The notes under the pieces were generated by a model. The model had not been told where the DNA came from, did no database searches, and saw nothing but the letters and a program-made list of their open reading frames with translations. A stretch of DNA of 64,000 bases from Desulfatiglandales bacterium. GTDB taxonomy: Bacteria > Desulfobacterota > DSM-4660 > Desulfatiglandales > Desulfatiglandaceae. Shown here one piece after another: positions 39,569-49,445 of this stretch. Location of the stretch: NCBI GenBank assembly GCA_963664475.2, contig CAXXXE010000007.1:672587-736586 (forward strand). The letters are read 5' to 3'. Each line of letters starts with the position of its first letter. The first letter of the stretch is position 1. The translations under genes were made by a program, and so were the position numbers.

Positions 39569-40042
39569 ATGAAAAGCATTGCCATGGCATTGATGCTGAT
39601 CCTCATTGCAAGTTCTATCTGTTCGGGCGTGGAGCCTGCCCCGAGGATTACGGACAGAGAGATTGTGGAACGGCTCACCAAACTTGAGGAGGGACAAAAA
39701 GCGATTCTACGGGAAATGGATAACCGCTTTGAGTCTATAGATAACCGCTTTGAGTCCATAGATAAGCGGTTTGATCAATTGATTAATGTTCTGATTGCCA
39801 TCATATCGGCTTTTGCCGGAATTGTGACGGTTACCATTGGATTTGCCATTTGGGACAGAAGAACCATGATTCGTCCCTTCGAGACCAAGGTTCGCAGCAT
39901 GGAACGCCATTTGGAAGAGGTGGCAGGCCGGGCCAAATCATTCGATGAAGACAAGGTGAACCGCATTCTGGGCGCCATGAAAAAACTGGCGGTGCAAAAC
40001 ACAGAAGTGGCGGATGCCTTAAGGAGCTTCAATCTTCTCTAA
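39569..40042 (+). CDS. Signal peptide / coiled-coil / TM protein (paralog A; FESIDNR repeats)
   Basis: AAGGAGG RBS; heptad repeats; TM then TIGFAIWDRRT; ends LRSFNLL. Confidence 0.8.
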   Translation: MKSIAMALMLILIASSICSGVEPAPRITDREIVERLTKLEEGQKAILREMDNRFESIDNRFESIDKRFDQLINVLIAIISAFAGIVTVTIGFAIWDRRTMIRPFETKVRSMERHLEEVAGRAKSFDEDKVNRILGAMKKLAVQNTEVADALRSFNLL

Positions 40043-40043
40043 T

Positions 40044-40112
40044 TTCGAGATTCGAGATTCGAGATTGGATAATTCGTTACGAATCCCCGAACCCCGAACC
40101 CCGAATCATCGA
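40044..40112. repeat. Quasi-inverted heptamer arrays (TTCGAGA)x3 ... (CCCCGAA)x3
   Basis: Read directly downstream of the 40042 stop; overlaps the next gene's leader. Confidence 0.75.
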
Positions 40113-40544
40113 ATCAACGAAAACGGTCTGACTCTGATCGAAGTGCTGGTATCCTTCGTTATCCTGGCATCTCTCATCACCGTTTCATCCCAGCTGTTCA
40201 CCGTTTCCGTGGACGGCATCTTCCGTGTTCAGGCAGAAGCCCGCATCGCCCAGGCCCTGCCCAATATCCGCGCTATTTTGTCGGATCTGGATCTTTCCGA
40301 AAAGAGCAGTGGGGAGGCTGTCTGGGGGGGGATCTTGTACCGCTGGGAAACCCAACTTTTGAAACAGGCGCCCAACTGGACCAATGTTCAGGATCCATTG
40401 ACACCTGGACCGCCGCACCCTGGACACTTTCTCATGAAACTCTATGAAATTCAGGTGACCCTTGCTGAGATTTCAGGAGACCGGACATTGAAACGGAAAT
40501 TCTCCTTCCTGGAAACTCAGTTTACTTCCCTGGAAACAAAATGA
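40065..40544 (+). CDS. Minor pseudopilin (GspI-like); start codon uncertain
   Basis: NGLTLIEVLVSFVIL prepilin motif. Confidence 0.75.
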   Translation: MDNSLRIPEPRTPNHRINENGLTLIEVLVSFVILASLITVSSQLFTVSVDGIFRVQAEARIAQALPNIRAILSDLDLSEKSSGEAVWGGILYRWETQLLKQAPNWTNVQDPLTPGPPHPGHFLMKLYEIQVTLAEISGDRTLKRKFSFLETQFTSLETK

Positions 40545-41239
40545 GTCTTAACCAGAAAGGCTTTACCCTCATCGAAGTTTTGCTGGCTTCGTTGCTTTTT
40601 TCTGTTCTGACCGGGATTACGGCGTGGGGCTATGGGCAGTATCTGGACGTATGGGAGGAGCGGCTTTTTTCAGATGTCCCGGAGATGTTGGCCTACCGGC
40701 GTCTGGCGTTGATGCGGCGCAGCATCGAGGGGTGTTTTGATTATTATGTGAAAAGTGCCACAAGCGATTACATGGTGCCATTTTTTAAAGGTGAAAAGTC
40801 GGGTTTTATCTTTGTTACCCGCTGTCCGGTGTTTTCCGATGACAATATTGCCCTGGCCCGTATTGCCCTCAGTACGATCGGGGAATCGCATTCGTTGATA
40901 TACGGGGAAGAAAGCCTTAAGGGAACATACCTCGCCGGTGAAATTCACAAAATGGGTGAGGAGCAAACCTTTGTGATTCTGGATGGCGTCACTCGCTTTG
41001 AGATTTCGTATTTTGGTTTGAGTTCGAGAGAAATTAACACAGAAGAAATCATGGCGGAAGAGGATTTGAGGTCGTATGAATGGACTCCGGATTTTTCTGG
41101 GGATAAAAGAGGCCTCATGCCGGCAAAGGTGGACATGCAGGTTTGGAAAGGGGATGAACCCTACCGATTCTTGTTTCACCTGGGGGAGGGTGCGAGGGAA
41201 AAGTGGGTGGAGTTTAACGTTCAAAGACTTTCCGAATGA
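40541..41239 (+). CDS. Minor pseudopilin (GspJ-like)
   Basis: QKGFTLIEVLLA; C-terminal MPAKV. Confidence 0.75.
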   Translation: MSLNQKGFTLIEVLLASLLFSVLTGITAWGYGQYLDVWEERLFSDVPEMLAYRRLALMRRSIEGCFDYYVKSATSDYMVPFFKGEKSGFIFVTRCPVFSDDNIALARIALSTIGESHSLIYGEESLKGTYLAGEIHKMGEEQTFVILDGVTRFEISYFGLSSREINTEEIMAEEDLRSYEWTPDFSGDKRGLMPAKVDMQVWKGDEPYRFLFHLGEGAREKWVEFNVQRLSE

Positions 41240-42183
41240 GTAGCATAAAACAACAGCACGGTGCAGCCCTCGTCACTACCCTTTTGATCAGCTTGATGAT
41301 TATTACCATTTCCATGTTGGTTACCTCCCTGGTGCGGGGGAAAATAAGGACGGCCAGGGAGATAAAAGCAGGCATGGCGGCTTCGATCAAAGCGGAAAAT
41401 CTGTTGCAGGAGACACTCTTTATCCTATCTATTCATCCCTTTGAAGGGGCTGGGATAGAATGGCGGGAAAACAACAACACCCTAACATGGTCATTTGATG
41501 ATCGTCCCATTCCTCTTCGGGATGGAAGCGTCAGGATACAGGATACCAACGGCATTTTCCCACTTTGGCCGTTTGATTCAATAAGATTGGAAAAACTATT
41601 CCGGCAATATGGTATTGATGAATCCGACAGTCGGATTTTTCTTGACAGCCTGGATGACTGGCTGGACGAGGATGATTTAAAACATCTTAACGGTGCTGAG
41701 CAGAAGGCCTATCGTGCCATGGGCGTCGACTACGGTCCGAGAAACGATTACTGGCAATCCAGGGAGGAATTGCTTCTTGTTCGTGGCATGACGCCTAAGA
41801 TATGGCAGGCGATTGAAAAGGAAGTGACATTCTCTTTGGGATACCATATTAACCCCCTCACCTTACGTGAGTCGCTTCTGCCCGTGATGTTGTCCTCCAA
41901 TGGGAAAAAAATCGAACAGTTCCTGACGTTCAAGAAACGGGGGGAGCTTAATCAGAAGGTTTTTTTCTTGCTGTTTCCGGAATATCGCGACAGCATGACC
42001 GTCGCTTTTTCTCCCTCGCGCCGGTTGGTGATTCGCGCTGCAGCATGGGAAGGGGACGTGGTTTGCGCAAAGTCGATGACCGTTTTGTTCAGGGAAAAAA
42101 GGTTTACACCGTTTCGAATTGAGGACAGGCGGGATGTGGGAGGAGCAAGCGATGAAACAAAGATAACCGGGATTGAGGAATGA
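41236..42183 (+). CDS. gspK: Type II secretion protein GspK
   Basis: HGAALVTTL, DSLDDWLDEDD..GAE, EELLLVRGMT. Confidence 0.85.
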   Translation: MSSIKQQHGAALVTTLLISLMIITISMLVTSLVRGKIRTAREIKAGMAASIKAENLLQETLFILSIHPFEGAGIEWRENNNTLTWSFDDRPIPLRDGSVRIQDTNGIFPLWPFDSIRLEKLFRQYGIDESDSRIFLDSLDDWLDEDDLKHLNGAEQKAYRAMGVDYGPRNDYWQSREELLLVRGMTPKIWQAIEKEVTFSLGYHINPLTLRESLLPVMLSSNGKKIEQFLTFKKRGELNQKVFFLLFPEYRDSMTVAFSPSRRLVIRAAAWEGDVVCAKSMTVLFREKRFTPFRIEDRRDVGGASDETKITGIEE

Positions 42184-43427
42184 ATCAAGGATTTGCCCAT
42201 ATATTCAAGCGCATTTTTTTTTCCACCATGGCTAAAAATGTGTTGTTCCTGGGGTCGGAAAAAATCGTTTTTTACCGGTATGCTTCCGGTTTGGGCGCCT
42301 TTCAGATTGCAAATGAAAAACAAGGGGCTTCCAAAGCCGGATTTCCGAAAAACGCGGTTCTGGTGGTGGGGCGTGAATTTTATTTCGAGATCAACCATAC
42401 GTTCCCTATCATCGTTTCCAGGGACCTGGTAAAGGCCGTCGTTCTTGAAGCGCCTTCCCTGGCGCCCCGGGATTATTGTCGGTACGTTTTCTCTTCACAT
42501 CGGGAGTCGCAACAGTCCCGGGTTAACCTGTGGTTTTTCAAGCCGGAACTCAAGGACTGGATCGATCGTCTCAAACCCATGATTCTTTTGCCGGAGAGTG
42601 CTTTGGCAGGGCTTTCCCAAAGCGGCAATGCGGTCGCGTTATATTACGGCATGCGTCGGGACCATTTTATCTTTTGCTTCAAAAAGCGTCAGGGGGATCT
42701 TTTGAGCCGGCTGGTTCCCAAGGGCCGGGGGGCAAAGGAATCGCTCGCCGAGTTCAAACGGTTGGCCGGACACGAGGCCAGTGACGCCGAGGCTATATTT
42801 CTGGGGGCTTCCACGGGGGTGTTGGATTCAGGTGAAGAAGTCCGTGATTACTATTCCGCCCTGGCCGAAAGGCTTCAAACATTTCCATTGGGGCGGTGGT
42901 TTCGGTTCCTGTGTCGGGAGCGATTCCGGCCCACACGGATCGGTCGCCCCATTTCGTATTTAATGTCAGTTGTACTGGTGTTTTTCTTCCTGTTTCCCAT
43001 GGGTTTTTCTTATTGGCACGCAGCCTCCGTTAACAAGGAACTGATTTCAAGGGAAAAACAGATTAGCCAGAAGGCGGGTGTCTACCTGGCCATGAGAGAA
43101 GAGGTCGAAAATAAAGCAGCTCTTTTGGAAAAGTTACAGGTGACGTTAATTGAATATGTACCGAGAACCCTCATCTTGAGCGAGGTGGGGCGGTTACTCA
43201 AGCCTCCCGGCGATACCCTCACATCGCTCCGCCTGGTGGGCGAAAACCTTGAAATCAGGGGGAACACCCAAAGCAGCAGCAGCTTGATGGCCCAGGTTGG
43301 AAAATCAGGGTTTTTTAAGGATGTACGCCTTTCCTCCCCCGTGGTCAAAGATCGGAAAACCGGCAAGGAGCGGTTTGTCATAGAAATTACCGTGACAAAA
43401 CCCGCAACTAAGTCGGAGAATGGCTGA
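42180..43427 (+). CDS. GspL/PilN-like assembly protein
   Basis: Cytoplasmic domain, TM, periplasmic PilN-like end (LEIRG..SS.LM..FFKDVRLSSPV..ERFVI). Confidence 0.7.
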   Translation: MNQGFAHIFKRIFFSTMAKNVLFLGSEKIVFYRYASGLGAFQIANEKQGASKAGFPKNAVLVVGREFYFEINHTFPIIVSRDLVKAVVLEAPSLAPRDYCRYVFSSHRESQQSRVNLWFFKPELKDWIDRLKPMILLPESALAGLSQSGNAVALYYGMRRDHFIFCFKKRQGDLLSRLVPKGRGAKESLAEFKRLAGHEASDAEAIFLGASTGVLDSGEEVRDYYSALAERLQTFPLGRWFRFLCRERFRPTRIGRPISYLMSVVLVFFFLFPMGFSYWHAASVNKELISREKQISQKAGVYLAMREEVENKAALLEKLQVTLIEYVPRTLILSEVGRLLKPPGDTLTSLRLVGENLEIRGNTQSSSSLMAQVGKSGFFKDVRLSSPVVKDRKTGKERFVIEITVTKPATKSENG

Positions 43428-43450
43428 AAACTCAAGGGAAATTTCCGGGG

Positions 43451-44056
43451 ATGAAAAACAAACGCATCAAACAACTGGGGATTTTGCTTGTTTTGATTCT
43501 TGTGGGCATCAGATTCGTCCTTGTCCCCCTGTCGGAACGGCATTCGAATGTGGTTTCAGAAAACCGGATACTGGCGCGAAAGATAAACAAGGCCAGTACT
43601 CTCTGGGAAAATCGTGGGGCGCTGGAATCGCGTTTGTCGGTACTCAATCAGCGATTGGTTGACGTCATTGCCATGTTTCCTCCGGTCAGTCCGGAAGATG
43701 CCAAAAAATTTCAACTGAAGCAGCAACAGGTCATCGAAAAAATCGTAAAGGGGACAGGGATCAGGATCAAGACATTGTCCTGGCTGCCCATCACCAGCCC
43801 CTTTCTACACTTGATTCCCGTCAAGATGGTGGGTGAAGGGAGTCCGAAGGATTTCTATGAGGTTGTAAGGCAATTGGAAGCCCGTCCCGAGTTTGTTGAA
43901 ATTGCAAGCCTGTCTATCCGAAAATTTGGGAACAAGAACATTGCCACGGGAGACTTCGAAATTTCCTTTTATGCCTTAGATCCGGAGAAGATGAAGTCCA
44001 AAAACAGACCTTCCCCTGGAAGAAGTCCGAATATCGAGAGGGGGCAAGAACGTTGA
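43451..44056 (+). CDS. GspM/PilO-like protein with a C-terminal extension created by an insertion
   Basis: N-terminal TM, coiled coil, ferredoxin-like end; position after gspL. Confidence 0.65.
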   Translation: MKNKRIKQLGILLVLILVGIRFVLVPLSERHSNVVSENRILARKINKASTLWENRGALESRLSVLNQRLVDVIAMFPPVSPEDAKKFQLKQQQVIEKIVKGTGIRIKTLSWLPITSPFLHLIPVKMVGEGSPKDFYEVVRQLEARPEFVEIASLSIRKFGNKNIATGDFEISFYALDPEKMKSKNRPSPGRSPNIERGQER

Positions 44057-44180
44057 TGATTGGTTAATTCGAGGTTTAGCGATCGAAACGAATCAGACAC
44101 GAGCAGTTCTCCCCATCGCGAAGCGATTGCTCATTATCCCGTAAATCCTGTCTAAATAAAGAAACACGAAGGAGACCGAC

Positions 44181-44729
44181 ATGAAACGCCTTAAATCATT
44201 CCTAGCCGCTGCCTTTATTGTGGCGGTTCTCTCTGTGGCTTGTTCGAGTTTGGCCCAGGACGGGTTTACCCAAAAGGATCGGGAATTGCTGATCCGCCTC
44301 ACGGTGAAAATGGAGGAAATCGACAAGCGGTTCGAGCAGGTTGACAAGCGGTTCGAGCAGGTTGACAAGCGGTTTGATGAGTTGCGGACGGATACGAACA
44401 AACGCTTCGAGGAGTTGCGAGCGGACATGAACGCCCGTTTCGAACAGTCGGATAAGAAAACAGAGGAGTTGCGAGCGGACATGAACGCCCGTTTCGAGCA
44501 GTTGATGAATTTTTTGTGGATTCTTGCCGGGATATTCACGACCATGACGGTCGCCACCATCGGTTTTGCCTACTGGGACAGGCGGACTTCCATTCGCAAG
44601 GCTCGTGAGGAGACGATTGAGATTATTGAAAAGGAAGGGCGCCTTAAAACCCTCATTCAGGCTCTGCGCAAGCTGGCCGAGGGGGATGATAAGCTGGCGA
44701 CCGTGCTGCGGAGCTTCGGGTTGCTTTGA
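44181..44729 (+). CDS. Signal peptide / variable coiled-coil / TM protein (paralog B, 182 aa)
   Basis: AAGGAG RBS; RFEQVDK x2, ELRADMNARF repeats; TIGFAYWDRRT; LRSFGLL. Confidence 0.85.
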   Translation: MKRLKSFLAAAFIVAVLSVACSSLAQDGFTQKDRELLIRLTVKMEEIDKRFEQVDKRFEQVDKRFDELRTDTNKRFEELRADMNARFEQSDKKTEELRADMNARFEQLMNFLWILAGIFTTMTVATIGFAYWDRRTSIRKAREETIEIIEKEGRLKTLIQALRKLAEGDDKLATVLRSFGLL

Positions 44730-44730
44730 T

Positions 44731-44823
44731 CCATGGTAAAACAGCCCAGTCGCTCACAGAGAACATAGGAGACAGGAGAGAGATTTCTTTTCATCCAACA
44801 AAAAACATCCTGTAAATCCTGTC
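44731..44823 (+). repeat. About 90-bp intergenic element ending ATCCTGTAAATCCTGTC (other copies 46161-46254, 47756-47782 partial, 49255-49356)
   Basis: AAAACAGCCC.GTCGCTCACAGAGAACA..GGAGACAGGAGAGAGATTTCTTT..CCAACAAAAAACATCCTG, found after two different gene types. Confidence 0.8.
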
Positions 44824-44912
44824 CGGTAAAAAGGGTTGCGCAGGGGATTTCCGAAAAATCAGGAGGTTGGGTTGAATTACGAGGACCCGGGCGGCCATAA
44901 TAGGGAGAATTT

Positions 44913-46040
44913 ATGGAATATAAGAATGAACCGGCCTTTATTAACAGGCAGGAAGAGATCAGTTACTTAAAGAAATGGATAGAAGAGCGACCCAATCAAA
45001 TCCTGTTTTTTTTCGGTCCAAAATCCAGTGGCAAGACCACGCTTATCTATAAATTTGTGGAGGGCTTTCTGCGTGATGAAAGTAAGTTCTCGGTCAAGCT
45101 TTTTAACCTTCGTGAGGTGTTAATTGTTAACTATGAAAATTTTCTGCAGCGTTTTTTTGCTTTGGAAGATCCCCAGGAAAAGGATTCCAGCCAGACCCGG
45201 CAGTACAATTTAAAGGTCTTTCAGTTGACCGTTCAAACACAGCAAAAAATCAAAGACAAACAGTTGGATCCCTTTGATGTCATGAAAGCTGAGCTTAAGG
45301 CGTTAAATTCCAAAGGGATTAAGCCGGTGATTATCATCGACGAGTTGCAGGCCCTTGATTTTATCTATTTCAACGGTCAGAGGGAGCTGATCAAGGAACT
45401 GATTAACTTCTTCGTGGCTATGACCAAGGAAAGTCATTTGTGTCATGTGCTGCTTTCCAGCTCTGACGGATATTTCATTGAGAAATTGTATAATGACAGC
45501 AAACTGAGGAAAACCGCAAAGCTTTTTGAAGTTGATTACCTGCCTCACGATGATATTGTTTATTGGCTGAATAGCCTGGAGACGGAATCCAATATTAAAG
45601 ATTATACCTTGAGCGAATCCCAGATTGCATATATCTGGGATCATTTCGGAGGCAGTATATGGGAGATTACTTCTCTGTTGGGAGATTTTTTAAAGATATT
45701 CCGGGACGGAAAAGTAGCCGGCGGGGAAATGGAAAGAATTGTTGAGCGCTATATGCTCCAGGCAAGAAGCCATTTTGAGGAATTTGTTGGACTGAAAAAA
45801 CACAGAAAAGCTTTGCTTAAAACAATTGACAAGAATATAGCCAGTGGTTTTTTTAAAGAGGCCGGTCTGGTGGATCTGGTTGATAAAGGTTTTTATACAG
45901 AAGATGGTTTAAGAGAAGAGCTAAACCACCTGGTTCGCCAGAACTACCTGTATTACAACCCCACCCTGGCAGAATACAAATTACAGGGCAAGAGCATGGA
46001 GATCGGGTTAAACCGTTATGTCCGGGAGCTTGCTCCTTAG
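44913..46040 (+). CDS. P-loop ATPase, archaeal-ATPase/STAND-like, copy 1
   Basis: FINRQEE, Walker A GPKSSGKTT, Walker B IIIDELQ, C-terminal wHTH-like region. Confidence 0.8.
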   Translation: MEYKNEPAFINRQEEISYLKKWIEERPNQILFFFGPKSSGKTTLIYKFVEGFLRDESKFSVKLFNLREVLIVNYENFLQRFFALEDPQEKDSSQTRQYNLKVFQLTVQTQQKIKDKQLDPFDVMKAELKALNSKGIKPVIIIDELQALDFIYFNGQRELIKELINFFVAMTKESHLCHVLLSSSDGYFIEKLYNDSKLRKTAKLFEVDYLPHDDIVYWLNSLETESNIKDYTLSESQIAYIWDHFGGSIWEITSLLGDFLKIFRDGKVAGGEMERIVERYMLQARSHFEEFVGLKKHRKALLKTIDKNIASGFFKEAGLVDLVDKGFYTEDGLREELNHLVRQNYLYYNPTLAEYKLQGKSMEIGLNRYVRELAP

Positions 46041-46065
46041 GAGAAGAGGGGGACGGATTTTCCAC

Positions 46066-46163
46066 CACGAATAACACGAATAACACGAATGGGGAACGCG
46101 GATTTACAAGACAAAAACCCAAAGAAATCTTTATCTGCGTGCATCTGCGTAATCTGCGTCCCA
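46066..46163. repeat. Nonamer-type tandem repeats (CACGAATAA)x3 and (ATCTGCGT)x3
   Basis: Read directly; the CACGAATAA array recurs at about 50706-50730. Confidence 0.75.
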
Positions 46164-46268
46164 ATGGGAAAACAGCCCGGCCGCTCACAGAAAACACAGG
46201 AGACAGGAGAGAGATTTCTTTGCCTCCAACAAAAAACATCCTGAAAATCCTGTCTAAAAGCAGTTTTT

Positions 46269-46328
46269 GACAGGATCAACAGGATAAAAAGGATGCCCAA
46301 ACCAAAAAACAATTCCATAAATCCTGTC
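46269..46328. repeat. Inverted nonamer arrays GACAGGAT... / ...ATCCTGTC (other hairpins 46968-47062, 47076-47144; single arms near 44135, 47788, 48575, 49331, 49375)
   Basis: GACAGGATCAACAGGATAAAAAGGAT ... AATTCCATAAATCCTGTC. Confidence 0.8.
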
Positions 46329-46429
46329 ATACAATGGCAAAAATTAAAAACCTAACAGCTTGCTACAAATATTACGCGTTTCTTACGCCTGTAATATCTC
46401 TACTATCCATACTGCGGAGGAAAAATAAA

Positions 46430-46645
46430 ATGTTCCAGTCGAATGTAAACAGTGTGATAGAGGAATTTGGCCATCTCCCATTTGAAGAAAAGGAGTACGT
46501 CGCTGAGGTCCTTAGAAAGCAATTGGCAGAGGAGCGAAGAGAAAGGCTTTCAGAAAGGGTAGCCGAAGCGAAAAAAAATTACATTGAAGGCAAAATAAAG
46601 CGCGGCACTATAGAGGATCTGCGAAAGGATTTAGAGGATGATTGA
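46430..46645 (+). CDS. Putative antitoxin
   Basis: 71 aa charged protein, GGAGG RBS, overlaps the downstream toxin start. Confidence 0.7.
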   Translation: MFQSNVNSVIEEFGHLPFEEKEYVAEVLRKQLAEERRERLSERVAEAKKNYIEGKIKRGTIEDLRKDLEDD

Positions 46646-46907
46646 AGCTGTTTGGGATTCTGCCTTCAAGCGTGCGTATAGGAAGAGAGTGAAGAGAAAT
46701 CATCGTTTGCGGACGAAGTTTTGGGAGAGGCTTGGCGAATTTATCGAAGAACCGTTCTCATCCCAATTGAGAACCCATAAACTCAGCGGGAAGTTGGCGG
46801 GGCAGTGGGCGTTCAGTGTTGATGACGATTATCGTGTGCTTTTTGAATTCATCAGCAATGACAGCGTTCTACTGATCGATGTGGGCACCCATGATGAGGT
46901 TTACTAA
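46638..46907 (+). CDS. RelE/StbE/YafQ-family toxin
   Basis: FKRAYRK..LRTHKLSGKL..WAFSV..YRVLF..DVGTHDEVY. Confidence 0.85.
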   Translation: MIEAVWDSAFKRAYRKRVKRNHRLRTKFWERLGEFIEEPFSSQLRTHKLSGKLAGQWAFSVDDDYRVLFEFISNDSVLLIDVGTHDEVY

Positions 46908-47172
46908 AGTGAGGGTCTTGAGGTGAGATTCAGCGCCAGAGCTCAAATGAGCAACAATGAAATTTCTGACAGGATCATCCAGATAATTCATCATTTTTCA
47001 TTTCTTTCGAAAATTAAAAATGCTAGAAACAACAGTATCCACTAGATCCTGCAAATCCTGTATAAAAAATTCTCTGACAGGCGCAACAAGATCAACCTGA
47101 TGTCAAAAAGCAAAAAACATCCTGAAAATTCCGTAAATTCTGTCTAAATAAAGAAAAACGAAGAAGATTGAT

Positions 47173-47754
47173 ATGAAACGCCTTAAATTATTCGTAGCCG
47201 CTGCCTTTATTGTGGCGGTTCTCTGTGTGGCTCGTCCGGGTTTGGCCCAGGACGGGTTTACCCAAAAGGATCGGGAACTGTTGATCCGCCTCGCGGTAAA
47301 AATGGAGGAAATCGACAAGCGGTTCGAGCAGGTTGACAAGCGGTTCGATGAGCTGCGGACGGATACGAACAAACGCTTTGACGAGCTGCGGGCGGATATG
47401 AATGCCCGTTTTGCACAGTCTGACAAGCGCTCGGAGGAGTTGCGAGCGGACATGAACGCCCGTTTCGCACAGTCGAATAAGAAAACGGAGGATCTGCGAG
47501 CGGACATGAACGCCCGTTTCGAGCAGTTGATGAATTTTTTGTGGATTCTTGCCGGGATATTCACGACCATGACGGTCGCCACCATCGGTTTTGCCTACTG
47601 GGACAGGCGGACTTCCATTCGCAAGGCGCGTGAGGAGACGATTGAGATTATTGAAAAGGAAGGGCGCCTTAAAACCCTCATTCAGGCCCTGCGTAAGCTG
47701 GCCGAGGGGGATGATAAGCTGGCGACCGTGCTGCGGAGCTTCGGGTTGCTCTGA
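47173..47754 (+). CDS. Signal peptide / variable coiled-coil / TM protein (paralog C, 193 aa)
   Basis: Flanking regions near-identical to paralog B; RFEQVDK x1 plus an extra 18-aa unit. Confidence 0.85.
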   Translation: MKRLKLFVAAAFIVAVLCVARPGLAQDGFTQKDRELLIRLAVKMEEIDKRFEQVDKRFDELRTDTNKRFDELRADMNARFAQSDKRSEELRADMNARFAQSNKKTEDLRADMNARFEQLMNFLWILAGIFTTMTVATIGFAYWDRRTSIRKAREETIEIIEKEGRLKTLIQALRKLAEGDDKLATVLRSFGLL

Positions 47755-47819
47755 TCCATGGTAAAACAGCCCAGTCGCTCACACTTCTGACAGGATCAAT
47801 CCCGCTTCCAGCGGGATTA

Positions 47820-48497
47820 AAAGGAATCGCTCGCCGAGTTCAAGCGGCTGGCCGGACACGAGGCCAGTGACGCTGAGACTATATTTCCGGGGATGAAAAT
47901 AAACGCATCAAACAACTGGGGATTTTGCTTGTTTTGATTCTTGTGGGCATCAGATTCGTCCTTGTCCCCCTGTAGGAACGGCATTCGGATGTGGTTTCAG
48001 AAAACCGGATACTGGCGCGAAAGATAAACAAGGCCGGTACTCTCTGGGAAAATCGTGGGGCGCTGGAATCGCGTTTGTCGGTACTCAATCAGCGATTGGT
48101 TGACGTCATTGCCATGTTTTCTCCGGTCAGTCCGGAAGATGCCAAAAAATTTCAACTGAAGCAGCAACAGGTCATCGAAAAAATCGTCAAGGGGACCGGG
48201 ATCAGGATCAAGACATTCTCCTGGCTGCCCATCACCAGTCCCTTTCTACACTTGATTCCCGTCAAGATGGTGGGTGAAGGGAGCCCGAAGGATTTCTATG
48301 AGGTTGTAAGGCAATTGGAAGCTCGTCCCGAGTTTGTTGAAATTGCAAGCCTGTCTATCCGAAAATTTGGAAACAAGAACATTGCCACGGGAGACTTCGA
48401 AATTTCCTTTTATGCCTTAGATCCGGAGAAGATGAAGTCCAAAAACAGACTTCCCCTGGAAGAAGTCCGAATATTGAGAGGGGGCAAGAACCTTGAT
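47820..48497 (+). pseudogene. Degenerate duplicate: gspL fragment fused to a frameshifted gspM copy
   Basis: 47820-47886 matches about 42735-42800; from ATG 47893 a 1-nt deletion, TCG>TAG and a further 1-nt deletion relative to 43451-44056. Confidence 0.8.
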
Positions 48498-48620
48498 GAT
48501 TGGTTAATTCGAGGTTTAGCGATCGAAACGAATCAGACACGAGCAGTTCTCCCCATCGCGAGGCGATTGCTCATTATCCCGTAAAACCTGTCTAAATAAA
48601 GAAACACGAAGGAGACCGAC

Positions 48621-49253
48621 ATGAAACGCCTTAAATTATTCGTAGCCGCTGCCTTTATTGTGGCGGTTCTCTCTGTGGCTTGTCCGAGTTTGGCCCAGGA
48701 CGGGTTTACCCAAAAGGATCGGGAATTGCTGATCCGCCTCGCGGTGAAAATGGAGGAAATCGACAAGCGGTTCGAGCAGGTTGACAAGCGGTTCGAGCAG
48801 GTTGACAAGCGGTTCGAGCAGGTTGACAAGCGGTTCGAGCAGGTTAACAAGCGGTTCGAGCAGGTTGACAAGCGGTTTGATGAGCTGCGGACGGATACGA
48901 ACAAACGCTTCGAGGAGTTGCGAGCGGACATGAACGCCCGTTTCGCACAGTCGGATAAGAAAACAGAGGATCTGCGAGCGGACATGAATGCCCGTTTTGA
49001 GCAGGTGGACAAACGTTTCGAGCAGTTGATGAATTTTTTGTGGATTCTTGCCGGGATATTCACGACCATGACGGTCACCACCATCGGCTTTGCCTACTGG
49101 GATCGGCGGACCTCCATTCGCAAAGCCCGGGAGGAGACCATCGAGATCATTGAAAAGGAAGGGCGCCTTAAAACCCTCATCCAGGCCCTGCGCAAGCTGG
49201 CCGAGGGGGATGATAAGCTGGCGACCGTGCTGCGGAGCTTCGGGTTGCTCTGA
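48621..49253 (+). CDS. Signal peptide / variable coiled-coil / TM protein (paralog D, 210 aa)
   Basis: 21-nt tandem GACAAGCGGTTCGAGCAGGTT x5 plus one later heptad. Confidence 0.85.
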   Translation: MKRLKLFVAAAFIVAVLSVACPSLAQDGFTQKDRELLIRLAVKMEEIDKRFEQVDKRFEQVDKRFEQVDKRFEQVNKRFEQVDKRFDELRTDTNKRFEELRADMNARFAQSDKKTEDLRADMNARFEQVDKRFEQLMNFLWILAGIFTTMTVTTIGFAYWDRRTSIRKAREETIEIIEKEGRLKTLIQALRKLAEGDDKLATVLRSFGLL

Positions 49254-49445
49254 TCCATGGTAAAACAGCCCAGTCGCTCACAGAGAACATCGGAGACAGG
49301 AGAGAGATTTCTTTTCATCCAACAAAAAACATCCTGAAAATCCTGTAAATCCTGTCTAATAAAAATCACTTTCTGACAGGATCAAGCGGATTAATGGGAT
49401 TTTCCTCCTTTTGTGAGATAAACATGAACGGGCAAATGAATCTGC

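Larger units (their letters stand above)
43441..46100 (+). repeat. About 2.7 kb direct-repeat block, copy 1 (gspM - coiled-coil gene - ATPase)
   Basis: Near-identical to about 47883-50735. Confidence 0.85.

Noticed and set aside
47991-48584. 197-aa ORF as a functional gspM paralog
   Set aside because: It lacks the N-terminal TM because of an upstream frameshift and stop; it is a decayed duplicate.
44181-49253. Diversity-generating retroelement (template and variable repeats)
   Set aside because: No reverse transcriptase in the window; paralog differences are repeat-number changes, not adenine-specific substitutions.
44100-49400. CRISPR array or classical integron
   Set aside because: The repeats are 7-9 nt periodic or coding 21-mers, with no constant 25-40 nt repeat and unique spacers, no cas genes, no intI and no clear attC core-site pattern.
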